A stretch of 64,000 nucleotides of DNA from the human T2T-CHM13v2.0 reference genome, Homo sapiens. Numbering within the stretch: position 1 is the stretch's first letter; each line of letters begins with the position of its first letter. The notes under the pieces were generated by a model. The model saw only the letters and a program-made list of their open reading frames with translations. It searched no databases and was not told where the DNA came from. This document shows positions 14,241 to 29,200 of this stretch, piece by piece. A program made the translations under genes and the position numbers. The stretch lies in the NCBI RefSeq assembly GCF_009914755.1, contig NC_060930.1; one strand, given 5' to 3'.

Positions 14241-14327
14241 TGCTACATGTAGAAAGTGTGTTGCCTTGCCCATTAATGAGGTCCCAGCATCTGCCCCGGT
14301 GTTTGATAATAATAAGGGCTTAATGAT

Positions 14328-14794
14328 CGTGAACCCAGAAAATCTGAGACAGGTCTCAGTTAATTTAGAAAGTTTCTTTTGCCAAGGTTGAGGACACGCC
14401 CATGACACAGCCTCAGGAAGTTGTGACGACGTGTGCCCAAGGCGGTTGGGGCACAGCTTAGTTTTATGTATGTTTTAGGGAGACACGAGACATCAGTCAG
14501 TACATGTGAGAAGTACACTGGTTTGGTCTGAAAAGGCAGGACAACTTGAAGCAAAGGCAGGAAAACTCGAAACAGGGAGGGGCTTCCAGGCCACAGGAGA
14601 TGAAATGAAAGGTTACATTCTTCTGAGTTTCTGATGAGCCTCTCCAAAGGAGGCAATCAGATATGCACCTATGCCAGTGAGCAGAGGGTCACTTTGACTA
14701 GAATGGGAGGCAGGTTGGCCCTAAGCCGTTCCCAGCTTGACTTTTCCCTTGAGCTTAGTGATTTGGGGGCCCCAAGATTTATTTTCCTTTCACA
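14328..14794 (-). mobile_element. Solo ERV1 LTR, MER4A/MER4A1-like
   Basis: The reverse complement begins TGTGAAAGGAAAATAAATCTTGGGGCCCCCAAATCACTAAGC, as recalled for MER4A. 4-bp TSD TGAT at 14324-14327 and 14795-14798, typical of ERV1. Confidence 0.85.
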
Positions 14795-15059
14795 TGATCA
14801 TGTACGGAATAAAGAAATAGATGAACACCCATGATGTTCAATGTACTCAATGAAGCTCTGAGTACTTAAAGAATAAGAATGATAAAATGTTTCCTGCCCT
14901 CAACTAAATTGCAGGCTGATTCTTGCAGCTTGAGCTAATTCATAAGAAACTAGAGATTCTAATCCACTTTCACCAGAGGGCCTTCAGCTAGGACAGAGGC
15001 TCCTCCAGGGTTTGTGTCAGCCGCTGTTCCAAGTGAAAAGTAGTGCTTTGTGTCTATTC

Positions 15060-15240
15060 ATTCCTTCAAGGCTCATGACAACCCTATAACCCAGGGACTA
15101 TTATCATCCCGTTTGCCTGGGGAGGAAACCCAGCCACAGAGCAGGCAAGGACCTAGGCCTTGATCACACAGGCAGGAAAGAGCTGATCCCAGATTCAAAC
15201 TCAGGCAGTGCAGCCCAGGAGGCCTCACCCTTAACTGCCA
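15060..15240 (-). mobile_element. MIR SINE
   Basis: ctcatgacaaccctata...attatcatcccgtttgcctggggaggaaacccagccacagag...gatcacacag...ccagattcaaactcaggcag. Confidence 0.7.
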
Positions 15241-16392
15241 AGCTTGGCCGCCTCTCAGGCACCTAATACTTCCCTGGAGGAGTAAATGGTGGAGGTGGGG
15301 ATAGAGAATGGCCAGACTGAAACTCCACTGAGAAGGATGCCTGGGGCAGAGCTGTCTTCCTTTGAACTCCTCGCAGAACTCATTCTTTAACTTAGCCCCA
15401 GAGGCAACCACAATTCAGTGTGGTTCTTTTGTTTGTTGTGTGTCTGTGTTTGTGTATGTGTACAGATATGTATCTACGTGTCTATATACATAGATAGCTA
15501 CAAACACAAATACATATTTGTATATACTGTGAGGGTTATATTTGTATTATATGTAACATATATCTCTATCACTGCCTAGAGGAAGGTCTTGGACATTTTA
15601 AACATCATTAAATGGCACTATAGTGTATTTATCTTTCTGCAGACTTGCCGAAGAATACAAAACATTTGACCCTAAAAAGTGACTCTGCTCACTTTTTAAT
15701 TTTAAAATGTGATCAGAGATATAGTACTTGGATGGGCAAAAAGTGAAGGAATTTGCTTTGATAAAGACTGGCAACCAGAGGAATCTTTTAGTCCTCTTTA
15801 TGTACTGCCAGTCTGAGCCTACAAATATTTTTTATTAAAAATACAGAAAAAAAGGCAACTTTTTTTTCTAATATAGAAAAGGAAATGTCCTAGGTCTTTT
15901 AGTCCCCTGGGACTCTTGCATCACAAAATCAGGAACTGGGACATTGGCACCTCCTGAGGATGGGACCACCCAGTGTGGGCTTATATATATGTGCACACAC
16001 ACAGCACACTTGTCCCAATGTCTACAGGATGTTCTACTCCATGATCTAGACCATTTGCGTGACCTCGCGCAAAGGCAACAGTACTAACCTTGGAGTCTAA
16101 ACGCCAAGGGTATGAACGTGGGCACGTGTCGCATACTTCCCAGTTCATGCATACTTTCCAAACAACGCACAGCCATGAGTGGGAGAGGGGAGAGGATTGA
16201 ATTTCGTGAGCAGCATGCAAGATGTATTGACAGGACTGCACCGAGAGTCTTTTCTCCAAGGAAGGTCAAATTTTAACCTTTTAACGTTGGAAGTGAAGAC
16301 ACCTGATATGATCATTGACAAACCAAGAAATACTAAAAACCCTCAAGAGTTGAAGCATTCTTTTACAATCCTTGTTTTAGATACCTTTTTAA

Positions 16393-16484
16393 TAGGGTGA
16401 CCAATTGCCCCAGTTTGCTCAGCACTGAGAAGTTTCCCAGGACACAGAACATTCCAGGCTGAGGCAGGATGCTTGGTCACCCTA
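16393..16484. mobile_element. hAT-Blackjack non-autonomous DNA transposon, MER81-like
   Basis: Perfect 12-bp terminal inverted repeats TAGGGTGACCAA (16393-16404) / TTGGTCACCCTA (16473-16484); interior ccccagtttgctcagcactgagaagtttcccaggac. Confidence 0.75.
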
Positions 16485-17974
16485 CTTCTGCACGTCAGCG
16501 TGCTTGGGAAGCGCCCTGCACCACCGGCATTCCTGGGCCCCAGAACCCAGGCACTGGGCCGGATCAGGCCCCAGGCCCCAGGCCCCAGGCACTGGGTGGG
16601 ATCCGCAGAACATGGGTCCTGCCTCTCAGCAGTTCAGGTCTCTTCACATTTCTCAGCCTCCTATGGCCACGGTTTCCTGTGCTCTGTTCACGTTTTTCAA
16701 ATGTGATGTTTATTATTTCTTAACTTGTAATGTGTCAAACAAGTATAAGGAAAGCTAACGAGACGGAAACATAGGGAAAAAATATTTTTAAAGCAGTATT
16801 ACAAGAAGAAAGTGAATACTTAAGCGGAATTGGTGAAAACCTTTAATTTACAGAAAGTGTCACAAACCCACTTCCACTTCATTAGAGTACATATATTATA
16901 TCAATTCTTAATAGTAGTTATAAATTGTAATAGGAACCAGGAAGACTACAACATTTATCAGTTCACAAGTGGATTTTTCGTAATCCTGCTGTCTTCAGGT
17001 ATACATTTATGTCCCAATTTCTTTAAGACACAGAGTCATAAAGAGATTCGGGTGTTCCCTGAGCTACAAAGCAGAAGAGCCTCCCTCGGCCCCTGGGGAG
17101 CCTGCTCAGGAATCGGGCTGTGTGGGGACAGTCTCCTCACCTTTGGGCATGAGGTGGGGCTGGGCAAAGACCACCCAGCTCCCTAACCCCTACTCATCCA
17201 CCTCCTGCCCCAGTTAAAATCAATAAATATTTACTGGCAGCTACAGGTGTCTGGGGAGGCAGAAAGGAACAAGTCATGGGCCCCCACCCAAGGAGGGGGC
17301 AGGATGCAGCGTAAGAACCTGCGCTTGGTCACTGAGGTGCTTGGCCTCAGGCCACCACCTCACCTGCGCAATTAGGTACATGGTAAGAGCATGGTGACGG
17401 TTCTCTCTCCGCTGGGGTGACATGGGGATGTTAGGTGACCTCGAGGGCCATTGACACAGTCAGATGTGGGAGCCCCGGGTCCATTGCAAATGGATCCAGT
17501 CTAATGGGGGAGAGAGACCTGCCTTCCTCACACGGTGGTGGCCAACCTCGACGTTAGATTTGGGGGAAGTTCAGAGGAGTGAGCGGGCCTCCCTGGGGGG
17601 CTTCCCAGAGGTGGGCTTAGAGCCAGACTTTGAAGGGCAGGCAGGGTTAGAGTAATGAGCAAAGGGCAGAGGAAGCAGTGCGAGCAAACGCGGGGACCTG
17701 AGCAGGCCCGTTGGGGCAGCAGGAGGGCAGCAGGGTTCTGGGAAGCAGGGGAAGCCGTCCTGTCCCGGCCGGCTGCTGGGAGAAGGTGGGGGCAGAGGGG
17801 AAAATGGAGGGAAACTGGTGCTTCCGTGTCCACTGGTCAGGGGTGGGAGTTGATTAGTAACTGAGGGAGGAAACATAAGATCCTCTCTGAGTGGAAAGTC
17901 TCTAGCAGTGACTATCTCTGAGTCCTTCTCCAGTCCCAAAGCTCTGCCATTTCTGCCTTTGCTGCTATGAAATA

Positions 17975-18112
17975 AATATATATATATGTATATACTGTTT
18001 GTATGTGTTTATGTGCATGTGTGTGTGTATGTGGGGGTGCATATATGTGTATATATGTGTATGTGAGCATGTATGAGCATACATATGTATGTGTGCGTGT
18101 ATATGTGTGTAT
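17975..18112. repeat. (TA)/(TG)-rich low-complexity repeat
   Basis: Alternating purine-pyrimidine tract tatatatgtatatac...gtgtgtgtgtatgtg...gtatatgtgtgtata. Confidence 0.85.
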
Positions 18113-18748
18113 AAATATTATAGATTCAGATTTTCCCATATTTCCCCACATTCTGCCAGCAGTAATAGAACAAGCTACATAAATTGCCACAAACTGTCAA
18201 ATATTCAGGATTCTCTGTTCTCAGAGTTCAAAGAGAAGTAGTTGTAACGATGGTTTTCATATTGAAATGAGAACTACTAAGCTAAGCTAACCTAGAGAGG
18301 ATTCTAGCAAATAGATCTTGGATTGATTCCTTGCTTGCAATTTATCTAAGCAATCCATACCAAAAAAAAGTAATAAATATGCAATTTTGCCTAAATCTCA
18401 TGAATAACTGATAAAAAGCTAGATTATCTGGGCTTCAGCAAGTACTTTCACATGGAGTTATAAATACAGAACATTGAAGGAGTGGTCGGGAGGCCAGGAT
18501 CCCAAGTCAGACTGTGAGAATTCAATCTCTGGGTGCCTTTTCATCTCTAGTCTGATTGATAGACTGTGGAGTGCGTTCTCCAAAAACAAGTTTTAGAGGA
18601 GCCACAAAGTCGGAAGGGGCTGTGGGGGAAGCACCTTCGGTTGCCTGCTTGCCACAGCTGCTAGTCAGGGAATAGGTACATCGGGCCGTTCCTCATCTTC
18701 CTGGCCTGCTGACCCACAATTATCCTCACTCAAAAGCACTGTAGATGG

Positions 18749-19139
<391 letters not shown>

Positions 19140-20345
19140 TTAAGGAAAGAAACTTTGTTTGCCTCGGGTTTTGGGTTGGTGATGAGTTTTCCTCGTTCAG
19201 CTCATTAGCCCATAGAACAACTGCTTCAGCGCATCACGCTGGCAGGGCCCTGAAGGAGAAGATAATCCGCTCTTTCTGAATCCATAGGACAATAATAGCA
19301 AATTCTGAGCTTATTAAAATACATGGTGTCACCAGCTCATCAGAAAGGGCAACAGGCAGTATACCAATGCAGTTCTGGTCTTGTAGTTTCAAAAGGCTAA
19401 TTACTTTTACAATAAAATAAAGAGAACTTACCTGTCATTGAGCTGATGCATGTAAAAGCTGTTTCTAGCTAATAGAGGTTTCTGCAAATGATTCAGTACA
19501 CATTTTCCACAATGTTCCACAAATCATATTGGGGTATAGTTGTTGGCGGCATTTCATACCTGAGTGAGGTGTGATCATGTTTTAATTAGGATCCTGTAAG
19601 GTGAAAATAGACTGCACATGCAAATAGTCGGAACTAATTGCCTATTTTCATGATACATAGTGATTTCTAAGAAAATTATGACTAATTTTAAATGAACTAA
19701 AAATATGAAGTGATATCCAACCTGAATCCTGTGATAGGGTTTGGGAGTTTCTTACCTAAAGGGCTAAATCTTTGTCATTTCATTTATAGCCATTCATGAA
19801 CACAGGTAATAGTGTTTGCAGATCTTTATAAAAATGTGTGACATGGATTGTTAACATTAGCTTGGCCTCAAGGTAATTTTCCTCTAGAAGTATTTATATA
19901 TTTTAATAGACAACTGACAGACTATTGGGGCTTCAAGTCCTTTCCTTATAAATTTGAATCCACCTTTATGTTATTACTGCATTCAATTTTCTCTAGATTA
20001 TATGTGCCAATACAAAAATTCTAACCTTTTCCCCTTGGTTTAATATTTTTCTGTGTGTTTTTATATGCATATGGGAAACACTGACAGAGATGAAACACCC
20101 ATCCCATCTGTTATCCTTGTCCTCTTTCTCTTCTCCTCTACCCCCACCAATCACAAGTGGGACCCTGGAAACCCGGGGCTGTAATGCATGAAAGATCTAG
20201 AAACGAGGAGAGGTAGAACACACTAATAAGAAGAGCCCATGGTCAGAGCACCCCTGCAGATTGTCAGGAGCTAAGAATGGAGGAAAAGAGAGACTCATTA
20301 AGCCATGCCCCATGGAGAGGCAATGGGAGGTGCATAAGAAATGTT

Positions 20346-22345
20346 TCTGGAAGTCCTGACCAGGGCAATCGGGCATGAGAAAGAAAGAAAAAGAGAGGAA
20401 GTCAAACTATCCCTATTTGCAGACAATATGATTCTATACCTACAAAACCCCATAGCCTCTGCTCAAGACCTCCTTGATCTGATAAGCAACTTTAGCAAAG
20501 TTTCAGGATATAAAATCAATGTACAAAAACCACTAGCTTTCCTGTACACCAACAACAGCCAAGCTGAGAGCCAAATCAAGAACACAATCCCATTCACAAT
20601 AGTCACAGAAAGAATAAATACCTAGGGTATAGCTAACCATGGAGGTGAAAGATCTCTGCAGTGAGAATTGCAAAAGACTGCTCAAAGAAATCAGAGATGA
20701 CACAAACAAATGGAAAAACATTTCATGCTTATGGATAGAAGAATCAATATTGTTAAAATGGCCATACTGCCCAAAGCAATTTACAGATTCGATGCTATTC
20801 CAATTAATCTACCAATGACATTCTTCATAGAATTAGAAAAAACAATTTTAAAATTTATGTGGAACCAAAAAGAGACTGAATAGCCAAGGAAATCTTAAGC
20901 AAAAAGAACAAAGCTGGAGGGAACACATTACCCAACTTCAAACTATATGACAAGGCTACAGTAACCAAAACAGCATGTACTGGTATAAAAACAGACACAT
21001 AAACCAATGGAACAGAATAGACAGCCCAGAAATAAGGCTGCACACCTACAACCATCTGATCTTTGACAAACTTGACAAAAGCAATAGGGAAAGGACTCCC
21101 TATTCAATAAATGGTGGTGGGATAGCTGGCTAGCCATACGCAGAAGATTCAAACTGGACCCCTTCCTTATACTGTGCACAAAAATCAACTCAAGATGGAT
21201 AAAATACTTAAATGTAAAACCTAAAACTACAAAAACCCTGGAAGATAACCTCAGAAATACCATTCTGGACATAGGATCTAGCAAAGATTTCATGACAAAG
21301 ACACCAAAAGATGTTGCAACAAAAACAAAAATTTACAAATGGGACCTAATTAAACTAAAGAGCTTCTGCACAGCAAAGGAAACCATTGACAGAGTAAACA
21401 GATAACCTACAGAATGGGAGGAAATATTTCCAAACTATGCATCTGACAAAGGCCTAAAATTCAGAATCTATAAGGAACTTAAAGGAATTTACGGGCAAAA
21501 ACCAAACAACCCCATTCAAAAGTGGGCAAATGACATGAACAGACATTTTTCAAAATAAGACACAAATGACCAACAAGCATGTGAAAAAATGCTTCACATC
21601 ACTGATCATTACAGAAATGCAAATCAAATCCACAATGAGATACCATCTCACACCACTCAGAATGGCTATTGCTAAAAAGTAAAAAAATAACAGATGCTGA
21701 CAAGGTTGCAGAGAAAAGAGAATGCTATACACTGCTGGTGGGGGAGTGTAAATTAGTTCAGCCATTGTGGAAAGCAGTGTGGTGATTCCTCAAAGAACTT
21801 AAAACAGAATTACCATTTGACCCAGCAATCTCCTTATTGGGTATATACCTGAAGTAATATAAATCATTTTACCATAAAGACACGTGCACGTGTATATTCA
21901 TGACAACACTCTTCACAATAGCAAAGACATGAAATCAACCTAAATGCCCATCAGTGGTAGACTGGATAAAAAATGTAGTACATACATACCATGGAATACT
22001 ATGCAGCCATGAAAAAGAATGGGATCATGGCTTTTGCAGCAACATGGATAGAGCTTTTATCCTAAGCAAGCTAACACAGGAACAGAAAAACAAATCCCAC
22101 ATGTTCTCACTTATAAGTGGGAATAAACAAGAACACATAGACACAAAGAGGAGAACAACAGGCTTCAGGGATTACTTGAGGCTGGAGGCTGGGAGAAGGG
22201 AGAGGATCAAAAATCTACTTATCAGGTACTATGCTTAGTACCTGGGTGAAAAAATAATCTGTACACCAAACATCTGAGACACATGTACCCCTGAGCCCAA
22301 AATAAAAGTTAAAAAATAGAAGAAAAGGAAAGTAAACCCCCAAAA
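20346..22345 (+). mobile_element. 5'-truncated L1 (old L1PA, L1PA15/16-like): disrupted ORF2 RT and C-terminus plus 3' UTR
   Basis: ORF 20341..20625 LEVLTRAI...[16 protein letters not shown] is the L1 ORF2 RT motif (FADD mutated to FADN). Many stops and frameshifts follow. 3' UTR gtactatgcttagtacctgggtga...aataaaagttaaaaaa. TSD aagaaatgtttct (20336-20348) / aagaaatatttct (22346-22358). Confidence 0.92.
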
Positions 22346-25300
22346 AAGAAATATTTCTCAGACTCTTGGAGAAGCTGTCCCCTCACAGGGAATGGGGAGA
22401 ACAGTCTCTTAAGTTTCCCCAGAGAAGCTTTGTCACAAGTAATCTCAAATCCAGATCTGGTTGAATTCTCTGAGAGAGAAAGAAATGCAAAATTAACACT
22501 CAACTCAGGAAGGTTGATTAAGAGAAGGTGCTAATATTTGCTTTCCTTTTCCTCAATTCTGAAAATATCATACTTCATTTTTTTTCTTTTACCGCTGTTT
22601 ATAAGTATGTTCACTTTGCTATCAGGTCAGTTTGGTTCGTGTGGGACATTTCGCTAGGATTTTATTTCTTTTCTTAATAAATAGTCAATATTTGTCAACA
22701 TATCACTTTTGACATTCTGTTTTTTAAATACGCTTTGTAGAAAGTGAGAGATTTCTTTAAATGAAATGATTTCAGTCGCAGAACACACATTTGTTTTTAA
22801 TCTCTGGTCCCAGTGGTATTTATCTCTTACTAAGAAAGCAAGCTTTCCTTTTAGAAAGTGATCTGTTCCCTCATTGTTTTATTTATAATTTAGAGTATGG
22901 GTAGTCTGTCTGCTGAAATGAAAATAATGACCACAGCCTATTAAGTTTCTCCAAATGGAACAGGTGATACCCAGGGTTTCAAAAGTCTGAAAATAACAAA
23001 TGATCAATGAGCAAAGAAATGAAGGTATAAGGCCTAAAATTTGCAACATAAAAATAAACACATCCTCAAGAAATACTGAAATCGATTTTTATTTCCTTGG
23101 CTCACATTTGTGCTCATTACACATCAGACATTTCCATGATATTCAACTCCCTACGGTTTAGATGTGAGAATAGCACATGGAAACAAGGACACTCACACCC
23201 AGTTGTGTTTCCCATCCCTGTTTCCTGGCTCATCACTACATGATGAGATGCTTGAGGGAGCTGCTCTTCACACTTAACGCCCAGCACTCAGCGTGTGCCC
23301 AGATAGAATGGAGGCATGGATGGTAGCCTGCTCCATTTTAATATTAGATTAAAATGCAAGCATCTCATTTCTTTCTACAAAATTAAAATATAAGACTGTC
23401 AGGATCCATAAGTGTCTCTTATAATGAAAGTGGAAGAATTAGAATCCATAATCTTATTTTTGCAATAAAAATATGAATCACTGTTCACAAATATTCAGCG
23501 CAATAGAATACCAAGTGAGATTGTGCCTGTCTTAGAAAGAAAGGCAAGCTCTCAATCTGTGGATACCATATGGATGTCGCTGAGAAGGAGTGGGGACTTG
23601 GGCAGCAAAGCTGCCAGGCGTTGGGGAGCATATGGAAGTGGCCTGTTTGGGGCCACAGACGGTCGGGCAATGCTTCCTTCTCTCTTCACAGTTGTCTAAC
23701 ATATTGCCACTGTCTACATGAGCATAACTTAATAGCCAATTTGAATTCTATTGTAGTTAAACTTGGTGTTATCCTGTTAGTAAACTAGCTTATATTGCAC
23801 AATCGAGTCCAAAGATTATTTTTGCTTTATTTACTACATAAAGCAAATACTCTGTAAAGAACTGAAACCACTTTTATTCATAGACTATATTGGAGATTTT
23901 CTTTTCTTTTCTTTTTTCTCTTCTTTTCTTGTCCTAAGACATAACATAGTACCTTCAATGAAGATGACGGTGGTAGTGCTAGTATAGTATACAAATTAGA
24001 AAAAGGATAATTGCAGAGATCAGAATCTAAGCTACATTTTACTTTTTTAAAAAAAAAAAGATTGTCAGGTTATCATGTTAAAATTAGCATCTTCTCTATA
24101 TTAATAAATCAATTCTGTGATTAAAAGTCCAGAAATAAAATAACAAATAAATGTGCATTTTATTTAGCTATTTTTAGTGTGCTATTGGATTTGAAGCTAA
24201 TTTGGCTAAGCACACGTTTGGATTTCCATCTTTTTTGGTATCACTTCCTAGGATTTTAGTGCAGTGGCTCCTAAAAAGAATGCTCAAATATTACTTATAA
24301 TCCCCCAAGATATATCTTCTTTGCATGGAATAAAATGTGAACTAACTTGGAGAAAGGAACACTTTAGACATACATTTCATTAATGTAAATATCCACCTCA
24401 AACTATGTGGATTAGCATCTCTTAGAATTGATGTTACAATGCTAACAAGAGAAAAAGAAAACAAAGTACCGGTCTACAAAAATATTTGTCTAATGCCGAA
24501 TGTTAGATTATTAAACAGAAAAGCACATTAGCTAATGTGAAATGATGTTTTTCTCCAAATTTATTACATTTTCCCCCTCTGTGTTAAATTTTCTTTAAAA
24601 GGAGATCTCACAGGAGTGGATAGGCAAGCTGGATCTGTGAGCAGCTACAAATAGAAGCACAAGACAAAGTAATCTATAGGCTGGCACTCACATTCATTTA
24701 CTAAATAAGGTCGTGAGCAATATTAGGCACATTTTTCTGACACCTTTCCCAGTTGACTAGAAGTTGAGTGCATTTAGTAAAGGAAGTACACAGTGAACTG
24801 TTGTTAGTATTTATCAGGAAACGTGATGAGTGGCCCTGAAATAGAGCATCTTACCATCCAAATTTCTCAGTAGCCTTAATAAAGAATAGTCAGTAGCCTT
24901 AGTGCAGACTAGCTGGAGTAGATCTAAGCAGTATTAATGTGGCAGTCCGCCTCAGCATGAAAGTGGAGCTTTGCAAAAGGACGAGAAATGGATTTGGATG
25001 GGCAAGGTTGAAAGTAGTTGTAAGTTGATCTGGCATTTTATATTTCATTAATCAATTTCTAAATCTATAATTAAAAGAAAACTACATTGAGTGGTTGGGC
25101 ATAAAGTAGAGATTGAATGATACCCACAACAAATAATTGTTAATATTGACAGGTTATGCTACAGGGATTGCCTAATTTCACAGATGAGGGTAACACAAAA
25201 TGAGACAACTGCTACATAATGTTTATTCTAAAGGAATATTATGACATTACTGAGTTTTGAATTTTCCTTTGTATTGACTTTTTCATAATGCATGAAATAA

Positions 25301-27709
25301 GCATACATCAACCTAGTTAATACCTGAACAAGACAACATATCCAAGCCATAATTTGATGTAAAGCATGTGACACAAAGGAAATATCATATTGTAAATATC
25401 GTACTGTAAACTAACAACTGAAAACTTCCATATGTCTAAAGTACACAAACATATTCTTTATTTTACCTTCACATTCTTTCTTTTAAAGAAAGAAAAGCCA
25501 TTGCAACTCAGCAGTGAACAAGGCAAAGACAGTCAATTGAAATCAACCCTCCATTGCACAGTAAGAGTATATGTGTGAAGTTCTTGAGCCGAGCCCCTAA
25601 AAGTCTCCATGAACATCAAACCACGCCTGTTGGGGGACCTCAGTTCTCTACCAAATGTCTTGTTAATTGAGCTTTGGCAAATGTCTCCATGAGGACCATT
25701 GTCACCCGTCATGCTCATGAGAGTCACGGCCTACGCTTCCACATACTTTTAAAAATCTTATTAAAGATTACAGAGCAGTCAGGTGAGTACACAGACAATT
25801 ACATCCAGACGATGAACAGAAGGACAGAATAATGTACTAACTTTCTGCTCTTTAATGGACTTTACCTGTGACCCAAATATATTCCTTCTAAAGCATTTAT
25901 AGAACTATCAAAGTTTAGATATTGTAATACCAATGTGTAATCCATTCTATAATGCAGAATATCTTTCTAAAATGTGAAAAAGTGCCAAGTATTCAATTCA
26001 ACACAGTAAGTGTTGAACATGAGGACAAAGAAAATTCACTGGAGGGCCTTCATTAAAAAATATCCCCACTGAAAATAAAGCAGAGACCACCAGAGTGGAC
26101 AGAGCACTCACCATGGCCTTAGAAGGTGGAGCTTCCAAGCGGATGCACCCATTTCTATGGGCTGAGGACCATAACCTCTGAGCATTAACTTCCTCTTCCA
26201 AAGCACATGGATGATATCTACTGCAGAGGCATGTTGAAGGGATTAAATTGGTTAATGCATACTGAAGCAGCCACTAAATTTCTCTGTTAAATACATGTAT
26301 CTCTTCCCCTTACTTTTGCTGAGAACAAAATAATTTCTGTTCTTTGTTGCACCCAGTTTGTACTGAAGGGCATAACCTTGAATATTTGAAAAGGAAAATT
26401 CTCTTCAGTTCAATGGAAGATATAGGACATGTTAAGTAAGAAACAGCAAGCTCTTTAAATCAGTGAATAGCTGTATTGGGGGGAAAAATGTGGTTCATCC
26501 CAAGGCAGCCAAAAGTTGACCTGGTGAACTATCTGGTTGGTTTTATGCCCTATTTAAACACACATTAAACAGATCTGAAGTGTCTTAAAATGTAAAAATG
26601 TCTTCCTTCAAATAATAAGAACTTAATAAAATTCTTCATTACTTCACTGGAGCCTTATTTGACAATACTAAATTTTTTCTCCTAGGCTTACATGATAGAT
26701 TCTATCACAGAATCTTTCTCTCCCACCACCTTTTTTTTAAATTCCCTTTGGCTCTTAACTCTACCATTATGACAGCAACACTTAAAGCTGACCTTTTTTT
26801 GACAGAGTTAGCAATTCTCCTCCAGGCTATGTAGTGATTCTTCAATGCTTATGTGTAAATTATGCAACTGTCTCATACTTCACAGAAACATTTTATAATC
26901 CTGTGTACTATTCCATCATTGGTTTAATGAAAACATTAACACTTGGTTTCCATAATATTTACCATATGGTAAAGTCACTGTTTTATAGAGTAAAGGGACA
27001 GATAGCTGAGGTCAATTTAAATAATTGTCTTAAAATTCCCCATGATGAACAAATTTTTTAAATTTATCTTATCTACCAATAGCATGGAAATATCAAGCTT
27101 ATATACACAGGTGGACTTGCACCTTTACCGTATTTGATTATTTTTCATAACTTAGAATCTAGGCATATATCTATGTAATGGAGTTTTTACAGAAGCCTTT
27201 GGACAAGAACACATTTGTTGTAATTCTCGGTATTTAAATCAATTGCGCATAATAAAATGACTCATGAAAACATTCTACTTAATATGGTATATCTTCCCGT
27301 AGTAAAAGATGACTTCCTCGTTCCTCCCCCTATAAGAGTTACCAATGTAAGCAGTCGAAATGGTTGAGCCTCTTGGTTTTGCACTCCTACCAAGTCTGGT
27401 TTGTAACTAGGAAAATAAGCAAACAGGTCATGAGGGTATGAGGGGAGGGTAGCATAATGCAGTGCTCATTCTCTTCCTCTTCCTCAATAATTCAGCCCAA
27501 AGCCACCAAATGGAGCTGAGCACGTGCAGTCAGCGTCTACCTGCAGTGGCAGAGGGAGCCACTGTGGTCCAGGGAGGGGTGTCAGGGCCTAAGAAGAGTG
27601 AGGAAGACATCTGTGTGGTTGGGAAGCACTGCCAATGGCCCTGCAAGTGGGATCAGAATACCAGAGTGACCAGAAAGGCATCTGCATTGGGATGAAGAAG
27701 GAGTACAGA

Positions 27710-29199
<1,490 letters not shown>

Positions 29200-29200
<1 letters not shown>

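Noticed and set aside
20341-22238. Reverse-transcriptase-like ORFs as a possible novel RT system
   Set aside because: They are fragments of an ordinary dead L1 ORF2: catalytic FADD changed to FADN, a deletion, multiple stops and 5' truncation.
24524-24539. Perfect 16-bp palindrome CACATTAGCTAATGTG
   Set aside because: About one is expected by chance in 64 kb (64000/4^8), and more in AT-rich DNA.
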